DNA of 64,000 nucleotides from Verrucomicrobiota bacterium (GCA_049521735.1 JBEKON010000001.1:98604-162603); one strand, 5' to 3'. Shown: positions 53,909 to 63,706, counted from the first letter of the stretch. Notes: generated from the letters alone by a model not told the origin. Numbers and translations are program-made.

Positions 53909-55204
53909 ATGAAAGTCATCCGCCACACCGACGCGAATTTTTCCCAGAAACTTCGCGAACTGACTGCGCCGTCGAGCCTGTTCGATCCTGTCATCGAACA
54001 GCGCGTCCGCGCCATCCTTGATGCGGTGCAAATTCGCGGCGACGATGCGGTATTGGAATTCACGGAAAAATTCGATGGCGCAAAACTCACCGCCGACCAG
54101 ATCGCCGTGACACAGGCTGAACTAATGGCCGCGTCACTCAAAGCCGACGAGTCGCTGCGCACCGCCGTCGCCGGGGCGGGAAAAAACATCACGAACTTCG
54201 CCAGGAAATCGCTGCGCAAAAACTGGCAGACGAAAAATTCGCACGGCGCGAAAGTCGGCGAGAAATTCGATCCGTTCCAGCGCGTCGGCGTTTACATTCC
54301 CGGCGGCAAGGCGCCGCTCGTTTCGACTGCGCTGATGACCATTACGCTGGCGAAGGTTGCGGGCTGTCCGGAAATTGTTGTTTGCACGCCGTGCGGCAGG
54401 GATGGCTCCATCAATTCCGTGTTGTTGTTCGCCGCTCGTGCGGCAGGCGCGACGGAGATTTACCGCGTAGGCGGGGCACAGGCGATTGCGGCGATGGCTT
54501 ACGGCACAAACACGATTCGCCGTGTGCAGAAAATTTTCGGCCCCGGCAATGCCTATGTCGTCACTGCCAAGCGCCTGCTCGTCGGGTATGTCGCGATTGA
54601 TTTGCTGCCCGGCCCAAGCGAACTGCTCGTGCTGGCGGACGAAACGGCGAATCCGAAATTCATCGCTGCCGACTTGTTGCCGCAGGCCGAGCACGGCTCC
54701 GGACACGAGCGCGTCTGGCTCATAACGACTTCGGATAAAATTTTGAAAGCCGTTGAAAAGGAGATTGCCAGACAATTACCGAAGCTGGAGCGGCGGGAAT
54801 TCATCCAGCGCGTGCTCGACGCCAACGGCTGGCTGATTCAGGTGAAAACGCTCGATGATGGCGTGGCGCTGGCGAACCGGCTCGCGCCGGAGCATTGCGA
54901 AGTGATGACGCGCAATCCGCGCAAGGTTTCCAGGGGTATTTTGACCGCCGGCGCGATTTTCCTTGGGCCATGGTCGCCGACGGTGCTGGGCGATTACGTG
55001 GCCGGGCCGAGCCACACGCTGCCGACCGGCGGCGCTGGCGCGTCGTTTGCCGGCCTGACGGTGGATCAGTTCCAGCGCCGCACCAGCGTGGTGGAATACA
55101 CCCGCGCCTCGCTCAAGAAAGCCCTGCCCACCGTGAAGAAATTCGCGGAACTGGAAGGTCTGGACGCGCATGGACGTTCTGCCGAAATTCGTTCCTCAAA
55201 ATGA
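53909..55204 (+). CDS. hisD: Histidinol dehydrogenase
   Basis: YIPGGKAPLVST, GPGNAYV, AEHGSG..., HTLPTGG. Confidence 0.95.
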   Translation: MKVIRHTDANFSQKLRELTAPSSLFDPVIEQRVRAILDAVQIRGDDAVLEFTEKFDGAKLTADQIAVTQAELMAASLKADESLRTAVAGAGKNITNFARKSLRKNWQTKNSHGAKVGEKFDPFQRVGVYIPGGKAPLVSTALMTITLAKVAGCPEIVVCTPCGRDGSINSVLLFAARAAGATEIYRVGGAQAIAAMAYGTNTIRRVQKIFGPGNAYVVTAKRLLVGYVAIDLLPGPSELLVLADETANPKFIAADLLPQAEHGSGHERVWLITTSDKILKAVEKEIARQLPKLERREFIQRVLDANGWLIQVKTLDDGVALANRLAPEHCEVMTRNPRKVSRGILTAGAIFLGPWSPTVLGDYVAGPSHTLPTGGAGASFAGLTVDQFQRRTSVVEYTRASLKKALPTVKKFAELEGLDAHGRSAEIRSSK

Positions 55205-56352
55205 AAAGTCCTAAACTTTTGGTTCGTCCGCTCGTGCGCGAGTTGTACCCCTACGTTTATGGCGAGCAGCCAAAGATCAAAGGGTTGATCAAGCTCAACA
55301 CGAACGAAAATCCGTATCCGCCGTCGCCGAAGGTGCTGGCGGCGGTCAGAGCGGCGGTGGACGGGCGGTTACGGAAGTATCCAAACCCGACGGCACAGAC
55401 GCTGCGCGAAAAGCTGGCGAAGTTGCACGGTTGTCACGCGGACAACATCATCGTGGGCAACGGCTCGGACGAATTGCTGGCATTGGCCACGCGGTGCTTT
55501 GTGGAGCCAAGCGTAGGACAGGCTTCCAGCCTGTCTCCATCTGCAAAGAAAAAGTCAGAGACAGGCAAGATGCCTGTCCTACGTTGCAACATCATCCAAT
55601 ACTTCACACCAAGTTATTCGCTCTACCCAGTGCTCGCGGATATTCACGGTGCGGCGAAGAATCCCGTGTCACTCAAGCCTGATTTTAGCCTGCCGAGTGT
55701 GGCGGAATTGAAGCATGGAAGGGTGTGGAGATTTAACGCCGCACTGACTTATGTGACGACACCGAACGCACCCAGCGGTCGCGGTTATTCGATAAAGGAA
55801 TTGGAATCGCTTTGCCGGGCGCAACGCGGTGTGGTGGTGCTGGATGAGGCTTATGTGGATTTCGCGGAGGAAAACGCGATGAAACTGGCGTTGAAATATC
55901 CGCATGTGCTCGTCGCGCGGACATTCTCGAAGGCGTATTCGCTCTGCTTCCAGCGTGTCGGTTATTTTGTCGGGCATCGCGACCTCATCGCGGCGCTGCA
56001 CAAAATTCGCGACAGTTACAATGTCAACGGCCTCGGCCAGATCGCCGCAGTGGCAACGCTGGGTGATTTGCCGTATTACCGCGCGAATTTCCGGAGAATT
56101 ATCGCCACGCGTGAGTGGTTGAGCCGCGAATTGACGAAGCTCGGTTTCCGTGTTTTTCCGAGTCAGGCGAATTTTATTCTCGTCCAGCCGTCATTGTTTT
56201 CCGCGAAAGACTGGCTGGAAAAACTTCGAGACCGGAAAATTCTGGTCCGCTGGTTTAATTTCCACGAGGTAAAAAAATATCTGCGCATCACAATTGGCAA
56301 TCCCTCGGAAGTGGAAGCATTGGTGCAAGCGGCGCGGAAGATTTTGTTGTAG
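55201..56352 (+). CDS. hisC: Histidinol-phosphate aminotransferase, carrying an in-frame repeat insertion
   Basis: LNTNENPYPPSP, GNGSDELL, FSKAYSL; ATGA overlap with hisD. Confidence 0.9.
   Translation: MKSPKLLVRPLVRELYPYVYGEQPKIKGLIKLNTNENPYPPSPKVLAAVRAAVDGRLRKYPNPTAQTLREKLAKLHGCHADNIIVGNGSDELLALATRCFVEPSVGQASSLSPSAKKKSETGKMPVLRCNIIQYFTPSYSLYPVLADIHGAAKNPVSLKPDFSLPSVAELKHGRVWRFNAALTYVTTPNAPSGRGYSIKELESLCRAQRGVVVLDEAYVDFAEENAMKLALKYPHVLVARTFSKAYSLCFQRVGYFVGHRDLIAALHKIRDSYNVNGLGQIAAVATLGDLPYYRANFRRIIATREWLSRELTKLGFRVFPSQANFILVQPSLFSAKDWLEKLRDRKILVRWFNFHEVKKYLRITIGNPSEVEALVQAARKILL
55513..55582 (+). repeat. Type-2 GTAGGACAGG...CCTGTCCTAC element in frame inside hisC
   Basis: gtaggacaggcttccagcctgtctccatctgcaaagaaaaagtcagagacaggcaagatgcctgtcctac = VGQASSLSPSAKKKSETGKMPVL. 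Confidence 0.9.
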
Positions 56353-56410
56353 CTGTGCGGTAAAAAACCTTTTGCTTCCAGTCTGCCCGTTTTCTGCTAA
56401 AAAACCCGCC

Positions 56411-57226
56411 GTGTATTTGGATTTTTACGGATTGAAGGTGGCGCCGTTCGACCTCACGCCGGACCCGCGCTTTCTATTCCACAGTGCGAAGCATCGCGAA
56501 GCCATCAATCACCTGCTCTACGGCATCCGCGAGCGCAAGGGCTTCGTGCAGCTCACCGGGGAGGTCGGCGCGGGCAAGACGACGCTTTCCCGCGCGCTGC
56601 TGGAGCAACTGGATTCGCGGTATTCCACCGCCCTCATCCTCAATCCGGTGATGAACATGGACGAGTTGATGAAATCCATCGGCACTGAATTCGGCCTTCG
56701 CGTCAAATGGCGCAACCGGCTGGGGGTCAAGGCGGCAATCAATGAGTTTTTGGTCAAGCAGGTCGAGTGTGGCAGGGAATCCGTGCTCATCATTGATGAA
56801 GCGCAGGACCTGACCGACGAGTTGCTTGAACAAGTCCGGCTGCTTTCCAACATTGAGACCGACGACCGCAAGCTGCTGCAAATTATTTTGCTGGGTCAGC
56901 CGGAATTGCGCGACCGCCTGAATAATCCACGCCTGCGCCAGCTGCGCCAGCGCATCACGGTGCGATATCATCTCGCGCCGCTCACGCGTGCCGAGGTCGC
57001 CCAATACATCCAGCACCGGCTCGAACTGGCCGGCGCCAGGGGCGCACCCTATTTCACGCGGCCCGCGCTCTGGCGCATCTTCGGTTACAGCCGCGGCATT
57101 CCGCGACTGGTCAACGCCGTTTGTGACAAGGCGTTGCTTGCCGGTTTTGTCGAGCAATCCGAAAGCATCAACTATCGGATGATTAGCCGCGCCGTCCGTG
57201 AACTCGAAGGAGACATACACTTATGA
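56411..57226 (+). CDS. ExeA/GspA-like AAA ATPase
   Basis: FYGLKVAPFDLTPDPRFLF.S..H.EA...L.YGI, TGEVGAGKTTL, IIDEAQ. GTG 56411 proposed as start; the ORF-track start overlaps hisC. Confidence 0.75.
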   Translation: MYLDFYGLKVAPFDLTPDPRFLFHSAKHREAINHLLYGIRERKGFVQLTGEVGAGKTTLSRALLEQLDSRYSTALILNPVMNMDELMKSIGTEFGLRVKWRNRLGVKAAINEFLVKQVECGRESVLIIDEAQDLTDELLEQVRLLSNIETDDRKLLQIILLGQPELRDRLNNPRLRQLRQRITVRYHLAPLTRAEVAQYIQHRLELAGARGAPYFTRPALWRIFGYSRGIPRLVNAVCDKALLAGFVEQSESINYRMISRAVRELEGDIHL

Positions 57227-57753
57227 GCCTAATCAACGACGCCCTCAAACAAGCCAGACGGTCACAACAAAACAACCCGCCGTCCAGCCAGCCGCCGTTG
57301 CCGCCGGTCGAATCCGTCTCGCGCGGCGGCATGAATTGGCTTCTGCTGGTGGCGATAGTTCTGCTTCTGGCCGTTGCCGGATTTTTCATCGGACTATCAC
57401 TATCCACACACACACCGCCGCCGCCGGCAACCGCGCCGGCAAGCGCGCCAGTAACCGCGCCGGCAATTTCGCCGATCCAGCAGGTCGAATCCGTTTCCAA
57501 TTCCCTGCCGGTTTCCACCAACACACCATCAGTTTCAAATGAGGTTGCCGCCGTTCCGCCGCCACCGCCACCGCCGCCGGAGCCAAAACTCCAGGGCATT
57601 TTGTTTGACCCGACGCGGCCGTGCGCCATTGTGGATGGGGCCACGGTTTTCGTTGGCGACCGTGTGGGTGAGTTTCGGGTGACGGCAATCTTGAAAGACA
57701 AAGTTACGCTGAAAAGCGGGACGGAAATAAAAGTTCTGAGCTTGGACCGATAA
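57223..57753 (+). CDS. GspB-like membrane-anchored Pro-rich protein
   Basis: MSLINDALKQARR, one TM, Pro-rich linker, C-terminal LQGILFDPTRPCAIVDGATVFVGDRVGEFRVTAI resembling the T2SS-B C-domain; ATGA overlap with the exeA-like gene. Confidence 0.55.
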   Translation: MSLINDALKQARRSQQNNPPSSQPPLPPVESVSRGGMNWLLLVAIVLLLAVAGFFIGLSLSTHTPPPPATAPASAPVTAPAISPIQQVESVSNSLPVSTNTPSVSNEVAAVPPPPPPPPEPKLQGILFDPTRPCAIVDGATVFVGDRVGEFRVTAILKDKVTLKSGTEIKVLSLDR

Positions 57754-57799
57754 AAATTTTCATCTGTTTCGGTGACAGCCCCCAAACCACCGTTGCAGG

Positions 57800-59398
57800 C
57801 TACTTCACTTCGAGTTTGATGCCGTGACGTTCGAGCGTGCTGCCTTCCTGCGCGGCAAGATTGACGAGGGCTTCGTTGTAATTGGCGAGCGCGCGGATTT
57901 CCTGTGAACGCGCGGCGGTCAGGTTGTTTTGATATTGCAGCACTTCAAACGTGGTGGCCTTGCCGACGGTGTAGGTTTTCTGTTCGGCGTCAAGCGCGGC
58001 CTCGGCGTAAATGCGCGCCTGTTTCGTGGCCTCCACGCTTTGGTAATTGGATTGGGCCTGCTTCACGGCGTTGTCAATTTCCACCAAAACATTTTGTTCG
58101 AGTTGCTTCAGTTGCAGCACAATTTGTTGCAGCGTCGCCTTGTTGGATTTGTATTGGTTGCGCGGGCCGATATTGCTGAGGGGAACGGAAAGTTGCGCAC
58201 CGTAGCTGTAAAATGGAGCGTTGCCCTCGCTGAATTGTCCGAACGTGTCGCTGAATTCCCTGCCGGCACCATTGAAACCGTAGGTGCCGATCAAGTCGAG
58301 TTCGGGAAAAAGTTGATTACGATAATACTTCAATTGAATTCCCTGCTGTTTCACGTTTAGCTGCGCTTGCAACAAATCGGGCCGCTCGGTCATGCCTTTG
58401 CTCCAACTGTCCTGCAAATCGAACAGTTGCAGCGGGGCCTCCAGCGTTGCGGTGGGCTGAATGTCCATGTCGTGCCAGCGCGAATACTCATCAGTGAGCA
58501 GGTTTTTCAGGGTGTTTTGGTCCGTATTGAGCGTGCTTTGTGCCGCAATCAGATTTGCGCGGCTGGTGGCAACCTGTGCCTCGTCCTGCTGGACGCTCAA
58601 GATGGCAAGCGTGCCGATTTGCACGCGCTGATTGTCCTGGTCAAGCTGCGTCTGGGCGAGCTTCAACGCCTCCTGCTGCACCTTCACGTTGTCCTGCGCA
58701 TAGATGAGCTCGTAATAGGCGTTCTCAACGGCGGTGACGCTGGTGATGACTTGTTGGCGCAGGCCCTGCTCGGAATATGTGAGCCGGTTTTTGGCGACCT
58801 TGATGGTCAATCGCGTGTTATCAATCCAGAAGTTTTTCAGCAATGGCTGTGTGAGGCTCACCCCGATATTGCCGAACGAGTTGTCAAACGGAAGTCCGTT
58901 GTTTCCGTATTGCTCCGCAATGCTGCCGCTGAAATCGTATTGCAATCCCCACGGCAGCGACCCCTTGATGCCGGAATTGAATGAGTTCTCATCGGATATC
59001 GTGGGCGGCGTTTGGTTGGTTGAATACGGATTGTTACGGGGCGGCGACACCGTATAACTATGCTGGCCGGAAATGTTGAGCAGCGGATCATAACCGCCGT
59101 AGGCCGCGCGCAGGTTGTAGAGGGAGATTTGCGGATTGTAGCGCTCGATTTGCACGTCGAGGTTGTGCTGCAAAGCTTCCTGGATGCAATCGTCCAGCGA
59201 CATTTGGCGCGTAGCGGTGTTCATGCCCGCTGGCGCGGCGGCTGCATTGGTGCCCAAAGGTGGGGCCGGCGCGTTGGTCTCGACCGGCATGGTGGCCACG
59301 TTCGTGCCCGTTTGCGCGGCGGCCGCGTTTGTGTCCGTCTGCGCGACGGCCATGAAAACCGTGGAGAGAAAAAACAAAACAATGTTAAAACTTTTCAT
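57800..59398 (-). CDS. tolC: TolC-family outer-membrane efflux protein
   Basis: Signal peptide MKSFNIVLFFLSTVFMAVAQ; two OEP repeats (LSLDDCIQEALQHNLDV...). Confidence 0.8.
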   Translation of the reverse strand: MKSFNIVLFFLSTVFMAVAQTDTNAAAAQTGTNVATMPVETNAPAPPLGTNAAAAPAGMNTATRQMSLDDCIQEALQHNLDVQIERYNPQISLYNLRAAYGGYDPLLNISGQHSYTVSPPRNNPYSTNQTPPTISDENSFNSGIKGSLPWGLQYDFSGSIAEQYGNNGLPFDNSFGNIGVSLTQPLLKNFWIDNTRLTIKVAKNRLTYSEQGLRQQVITSVTAVENAYYELIYAQDNVKVQQEALKLAQTQLDQDNQRVQIGTLAILSVQQDEAQVATSRANLIAAQSTLNTDQNTLKNLLTDEYSRWHDMDIQPTATLEAPLQLFDLQDSWSKGMTERPDLLQAQLNVKQQGIQLKYYRNQLFPELDLIGTYGFNGAGREFSDTFGQFSEGNAPFYSYGAQLSVPLSNIGPRNQYKSNKATLQQIVLQLKQLEQNVLVEIDNAVKQAQSNYQSVEATKQARIYAEAALDAEQKTYTVGKATTFEVLQYQNNLTAARSQEIRALANYNEALVNLAAQEGSTLERHGIKLEVK

Positions 59399-59521
59399 CT
59401 TGCAAAAAAGCGCGCTTGAGCGCGCCCGTTCAAACAAATCCCATTCTGCAGCCAAAGTTATACCTTCGCCCAAACTTGCCGAGTTTAAGACGCATTGGCA
59501 ATCCCCGAAGTAACCATTTGG

Positions 59522-60844
59522 TTAACTCGAGCTTGCAGCGGCTGCGGGTGTTTCCTCAATTTTCGCGTTCTGTTCAAGAAACGCGAGCACTTTTTCACGG
59601 GCAATCTGGTCGTAAAGCTCCATCACGCCGTTGCGTTTCTGCAAGTCCTTGAGAAATTTTTCCGGCGGAATTTGATACATCGCCGCCAATGCCTGCGCGT
59701 GTTGCAGCGCTTCTTCCTGTGAAACCTTGATGTTTTCCTTTTCCGCGATGCGCTGAATTAAAAACGCCAGCTTCACACGCTCCTTCGCGCTGCGCGTTGC
59801 GGCAGAGTAGATTTCGTCCTTCTGTTTTTCAATCAAATCGCGCGTCACGCCGCGCTGCGAATTTTCGCGCACGATGTCATAAACCACGTTGCGCGTTTCG
59901 TGCGCGACGGCGACTTCCGGCAAATCGAAATTCACCCGGTCAAGCAATCCACGGATAATCTGCCCGCGAACCGCTTTTTCCTGCGAGTATTTCAACTCAT
60001 TCTCCAAATCGCGGCGGATACCCGCGCGCAGCTTGTCCAGATTTTCCGCGTCGTATTTTTTGGCGAACGCGTCGTCAACCGGCGGCAAAACTTTTTCCTT
60101 CACCTCGACAATCTCAACATCGAAAACGCCCTTTTTGCCCGCGAGTTCCTTCGTCACGAAATCAGCGGGGAAATCCACGTTGACCGTGCGTTTGTCGCCC
60201 GCCTTCGCGCCGATGAGCTGATCGGCAAAACCGGGAATGAAACCGCCTGGCGTGGTGTCCACCCAGAATTTTTTTTGCTCCGTCAAACCCTTTGCCGTCG
60301 GCGCGGTGTCGGTCATCGGCTTGCCGTCGCAAGTGCCGGTGTAATTCACCATGGCGATGTCGCCCAGGCGCAGATCGCGCGCGACCGTCTCAAATTTCAC
60401 GTGCTGCTGCGTCAGCATTTTCAACGCGCGCTCCACGTCCGCGTCCGTGACGGATTTATTTTCGTGTTTGACCGGCAACCCCTTGTATTCGGGCAATTGA
60501 AATTCCGGCGCGGTTTCAATTGTCGCGGCGAACTGCAAATTTTGCCCGCGACCGAATTGGATTTCCTCAATGTCCGGGTAGCCAAGTACAGCGATTTTTT
60601 TCTCGTCCAGCGCCTTGCGATACGAATCGCCGATGAGCTTGCGTTTGACCTCATTCTTGATGTCCGCCTCGTATTTTTTGAGCACGAGGTCGCGCGGCGC
60701 CTTGCCGGGACGAAAGCCGGGCAACGCGGCCTGTTTTTGGAAATCCTTCGCGGTGGCATCGAAAACTTCGTCCACAGCTTTCGCATCCACTTCCACCCGC
60801 AGCAATTTTTTGCACGGAGCCAGATTTTCAACGGTAATATTCAC
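59522..60844 (-). CDS. tig: Trigger factor
   Basis: MNITVENLAPCKKLLRVEV..., LPGFRPGKAP, FKBP-type middle domain. Confidence 0.9.
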   Translation of the reverse strand: MNITVENLAPCKKLLRVEVDAKAVDEVFDATAKDFQKQAALPGFRPGKAPRDLVLKKYEADIKNEVKRKLIGDSYRKALDEKKIAVLGYPDIEEIQFGRGQNLQFAATIETAPEFQLPEYKGLPVKHENKSVTDADVERALKMLTQQHVKFETVARDLRLGDIAMVNYTGTCDGKPMTDTAPTAKGLTEQKKFWVDTTPGGFIPGFADQLIGAKAGDKRTVNVDFPADFVTKELAGKKGVFDVEIVEVKEKVLPPVDDAFAKKYDAENLDKLRAGIRRDLENELKYSQEKAVRGQIIRGLLDRVNFDLPEVAVAHETRNVVYDIVRENSQRGVTRDLIEKQKDEIYSAATRSAKERVKLAFLIQRIAEKENIKVSQEEALQHAQALAAMYQIPPEKFLKDLQKRNGVMELYDQIAREKVLAFLEQNAKIEETPAAAASSS

Positions 60845-60948
60845 AATGATTCCCGCTGGTCGGCGAGCCGCGCAGAATAAATGAACCCCGAGGATTTCGT
60901 CAATGGTTTTGATGGATTCCCAACCGCATTTCCGCTTTGATGTCGTGA

Positions 60949-61626
60949 ATGCAGCGAACGATATTCTTCATCACCGGCACGGACACCGGCGTCGGTAAAA
61001 CGGCGCTCACTGCGCTGCTCACGCGCCACTTGCGCGAACGCGGCGTCCGCGCGGCGGCGCTCAAGCCGATTTGTTCCGGTGGTCGCGATGATGCCCGCGC
61101 GCTTCGCGCTGCGTTGAACGGAGTTCTGTCACTCGACGAAATCAATCCATGGCATTTCCGCGCGCCTAGTGCGCCATTGCTCGCTGCGCGCCGGGAAAAA
61201 AGGCGGGTGAAACTTTCACAAGTCCTCGCGCATGTTCGTGCGATGCAAAAACGTTTTGACGTTGTGCTGATTGAAGGCGCGGGCGGTTTGTTGAGTCCAC
61301 TTGGCGGGAATTTCAATTCGCGCGCTTTGATTGCGGCCTTGCGCGCAACGCCGATTATTGTCTGCCCGAACCGGCTTGGCGCGGTGAATCAAGTGTTGCT
61401 TACCCTCGAAGCGCTGCCATACGGCGCAACGGCCAAAGCGCGCGTCGTTCTGATGTCGCCGCCGAAACCGGATGCCGCCACCGCTTCAAACGCAAAATTG
61501 CTGGCGGAATTTTTTGACGCGAAACGGATTTTCATGCTGCCGTGGCTGGAGGAAAAGGTTGGGACGTCCACCGTTTTGAAAAATCCCCAGGTGAAACGGA
61601 CTTTTCACGCGCTGATGAAGTTTTGA
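60949..61626 (+). CDS. bioD: Dethiobiotin synthase
   Basis: FITGTDTGVGKT, VLIEGAGG. Confidence 0.85.
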   Translation: MQRTIFFITGTDTGVGKTALTALLTRHLRERGVRAAALKPICSGGRDDARALRAALNGVLSLDEINPWHFRAPSAPLLAARREKRRVKLSQVLAHVRAMQKRFDVVLIEGAGGLLSPLGGNFNSRALIAALRATPIIVCPNRLGAVNQVLLTLEALPYGATAKARVVLMSPPKPDAATASNAKLLAEFFDAKRIFMLPWLEEKVGTSTVLKNPQVKRTFHALMKF

Positions 61627-61684
61627 CGAGGTGCCGGAGCGAAGCGGGCTGAAGCCCGCGCCCCGCTGCTCATTTGCGCGAGCC

Positions 61685-63706
61685 TCAATCATTTTTCGCC
61701 GGCGCGTTGATGGACTGAAATGATTCCCGCCATGGTTGGTGGTTTCTGTAAAGTTGCAGTCGCCGTCGCATATCTGCAACGCTTTGGCTCATGCCTTTAG
61801 CGGCTGCGAGTTCGACAGCTTTTTGGGTCACTTCCTGAGCGTCATCGAAATGGCCGGCTTCCGCGCAGGCCATGCCTAGCGCGTCGAGCACGAACGGCAG
61901 TGTGCTATCGCTCAAAACGTTCGCTTTGACTGCGAACACCAGCGCGGTCTTCCCGTCGCGAATTTGAGGATTTTCATCGGCGGCCAGCACCTGGGCGGTG
62001 TAGGCGAGGATTTGAAAATTGTCCGGGTCAATCCGCAATGCTTCGCGCAGCCGGCCAACCGCCTCGGCATCACGGCCCTGTTTGAGCAGCGCCTTGCCCA
62101 TTTGAAAATACGGCCAGGGATAGGCCGGATCGAGCCGCGCGGCGTTGGTAAATTCATTCATGGCCTCGTCGAAACGCCCAAGTTCGACCAGCACGATGCC
62201 AAGCCCGTCGTGCAAGGCCGGCGGCTTCGGATCCAGCCGCACAGCTTCGCGGTATTCGGACAGCGCCTCCCCCGGTCGGCCAAGGTTGTCGAGCAGATTG
62301 CCGAGATTGTTGTGAATCTGGTAACGCCCCGGCATGAGGCGCGCCGCTTCACGATATTCCGCCAGCGCCCGGGTCAATTTGCCCTGTTGTTCGAGCGCGA
62401 CGCCGAGGTTGAAGTGAGCGATGCCGTTGTCTTTCGTCACGGCGAGCGCGTGTGTGAACAGCGATTCGCTATCGTGCCAAAAGCGCAATTGATTTTCGGT
62501 GAGAATCACACACGCTGTGAGAATTGCGGCGGCCGCGAACGTGATGACAATTTTCGGAATTTGAAATCGGTCTGCCAAATCACGGACGCCGAAGGCAACG
62601 GCCAGGAACACGCCGATGGAGGGAATGTAGGTGTAACGGTCGGCCAGCGCCGCGCCGCCGACCTGGATCAGGCCGATGACCGGCACCAGCGTCCCCAAAA
62701 ACCAAAGCCAGCCGACGAGCAGATACGGACGCGTGCGTCGTGTCTTCCAAACACAGCAGGAAACCACAATTAAAAATACGGTCGCCGCGAAGAATTGTGT
62801 CCGAAGCAAGGGTGTGATCGGATACAGGACCACCAGGTTTGCCGGCCAAAGCATTTTCAGAAAATAGTCCAGGTAGGATGTCACGGCGTTGGCGAGCCGA
62901 TAACGCAAAGGAACCAGTTCCAGTGGGATAATGGCGCCACCACCATGCTGTGCGAAAACGGTTACGATGCAGGAAACCGCGGCAAGCAGAAAAAACGGCC
63001 ACTTTTCCAAAGCGAGAAGGATGAAGGATGAAGAATGAAAGTTGAAAGCCGGAATTGGCGGCGCCGCGCTGTTTTCGGGATTTGAAATTGGAAATTGGGA
63101 ATTGGAAATTCGCCGGAGCGGCCAGAAATCGAGCAACAACATCACGAATGGCAGCGTGACAAGCATGGGTTTCGCCATGAGGCCGAGCGCGAAGAAAATC
63201 AAGGCGAACCAAAAGCTGCGGCGGCAGTTTTCCTTTGCGTATTTCGTGTAGCTTAAAAGCGCGAGCAGGGCGAAGAACGTACTCAGGACGTCCTTGCGTT
63301 CCGAAATCCACGCAACAGATTCGACGTGCAGCGGATGCCACGTGAACAACGCGGCAACGCATGCGCTAGGCCACAATGCATTCGTCAGTCGGAACAGCAG
63401 CACCAAAAGCAAAACCGCATTGGCTACGTGAAACAGAACGTTGACGGAATGATGTGCGCCAGCATTGAGGCCGAAAAGTTCGCAGTCCGTCATATGGGAG
63501 AGCCAAGTGACGGGATGCCAGTTACTGGCATGTTGCGTGGTGTAAGCCCATTTGATTCCCGTCCACGTCAAACCTTTTTGGACGACATGATTTTTCGTAA
63601 CGTAATCGTCGTCGTCATAGACCAGGAAGCCGTAATGGCATACGGGCAGATAAACCAGCAGCGTGATAAGTGCGAGCAACAGGCCAATGAGGCGCGGGCG
63701 GGACAT
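61685..63706 (-). CDS. Membrane protein with PMT/ArnT-like N-terminal multi-TM domain and C-terminal TPR repeats; carries an in-frame repeat insertion
   Basis: N-terminus YDDDDYV..N, about 10 TM segments, then TPR units (AEYREAARLMPG..., EYREAVRLDP...). Confidence 0.7.
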   Translation of the reverse strand: MSRPRLIGLLLALITLLVYLPVCHYGFLVYDDDDYVTKNHVVQKGLTWTGIKWAYTTQHASNWHPVTWLSHMTDCELFGLNAGAHHSVNVLFHVANAVLLLVLLFRLTNALWPSACVAALFTWHPLHVESVAWISERKDVLSTFFALLALLSYTKYAKENCRRSFWFALIFFALGLMAKPMLVTLPFVMLLLDFWPLRRISNSQFPISNPENSAAPPIPAFNFHSSSFILLALEKWPFFLLAAVSCIVTVFAQHGGGAIIPLELVPLRYRLANAVTSYLDYFLKMLWPANLVVLYPITPLLRTQFFAATVFLIVVSCCVWKTRRTRPYLLVGWLWFLGTLVPVIGLIQVGGAALADRYTYIPSIGVFLAVAFGVRDLADRFQIPKIVITFAAAAILTACVILTENQLRFWHDSESLFTHALAVTKDNGIAHFNLGVALEQQGKLTRALAEYREAARLMPGRYQIHNNLGNLLDNLGRPGEALSEYREAVRLDPKPPALHDGLGIVLVELGRFDEAMNEFTNAARLDPAYPWPYFQMGKALLKQGRDAEAVGRLREALRIDPDNFQILAYTAQVLAADENPQIRDGKTALVFAVKANVLSDSTLPFVLDALGMACAEAGHFDDAQEVTQKAVELAAAKGMSQSVADMRRRLQLYRNHQPWRESFQSINAPAKND
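63018..63112 (-). repeat. Two adjacent heptamer arrays flanking a GC palindrome, in frame in the PMT/TPR gene
   Basis: aaggatgaaggatgaagaatgaaagttgaaag ... ggcggcgccgc ... ggatttgaaattggaaattgggaattggaaattcg; encodes ISNSQFPISNPENSAAPPIPAFNFHSSSFIL. Confidence 0.85.

Noticed and set aside
4099-57226. Multiple ATGA stop/start overlaps (addB/nfi, four-helix-bundle ORF/carB, CE15/GH28, coaB/phosphoesterase, hisD/hisC, exeA/gspB-like)
   Set aside because: This is ordinary translational coupling in compact operons and not remarkable in itself. Only the carB case is discussed, because it lies in a repeat arm.
1268-63112. Could the short tandem arrays be CRISPR arrays?
   Set aside because: Units are only 6-10 nt and directly abut each other with no spacers. 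There are only 3-5 units per array, many lie inside genes, and no cas genes are present.
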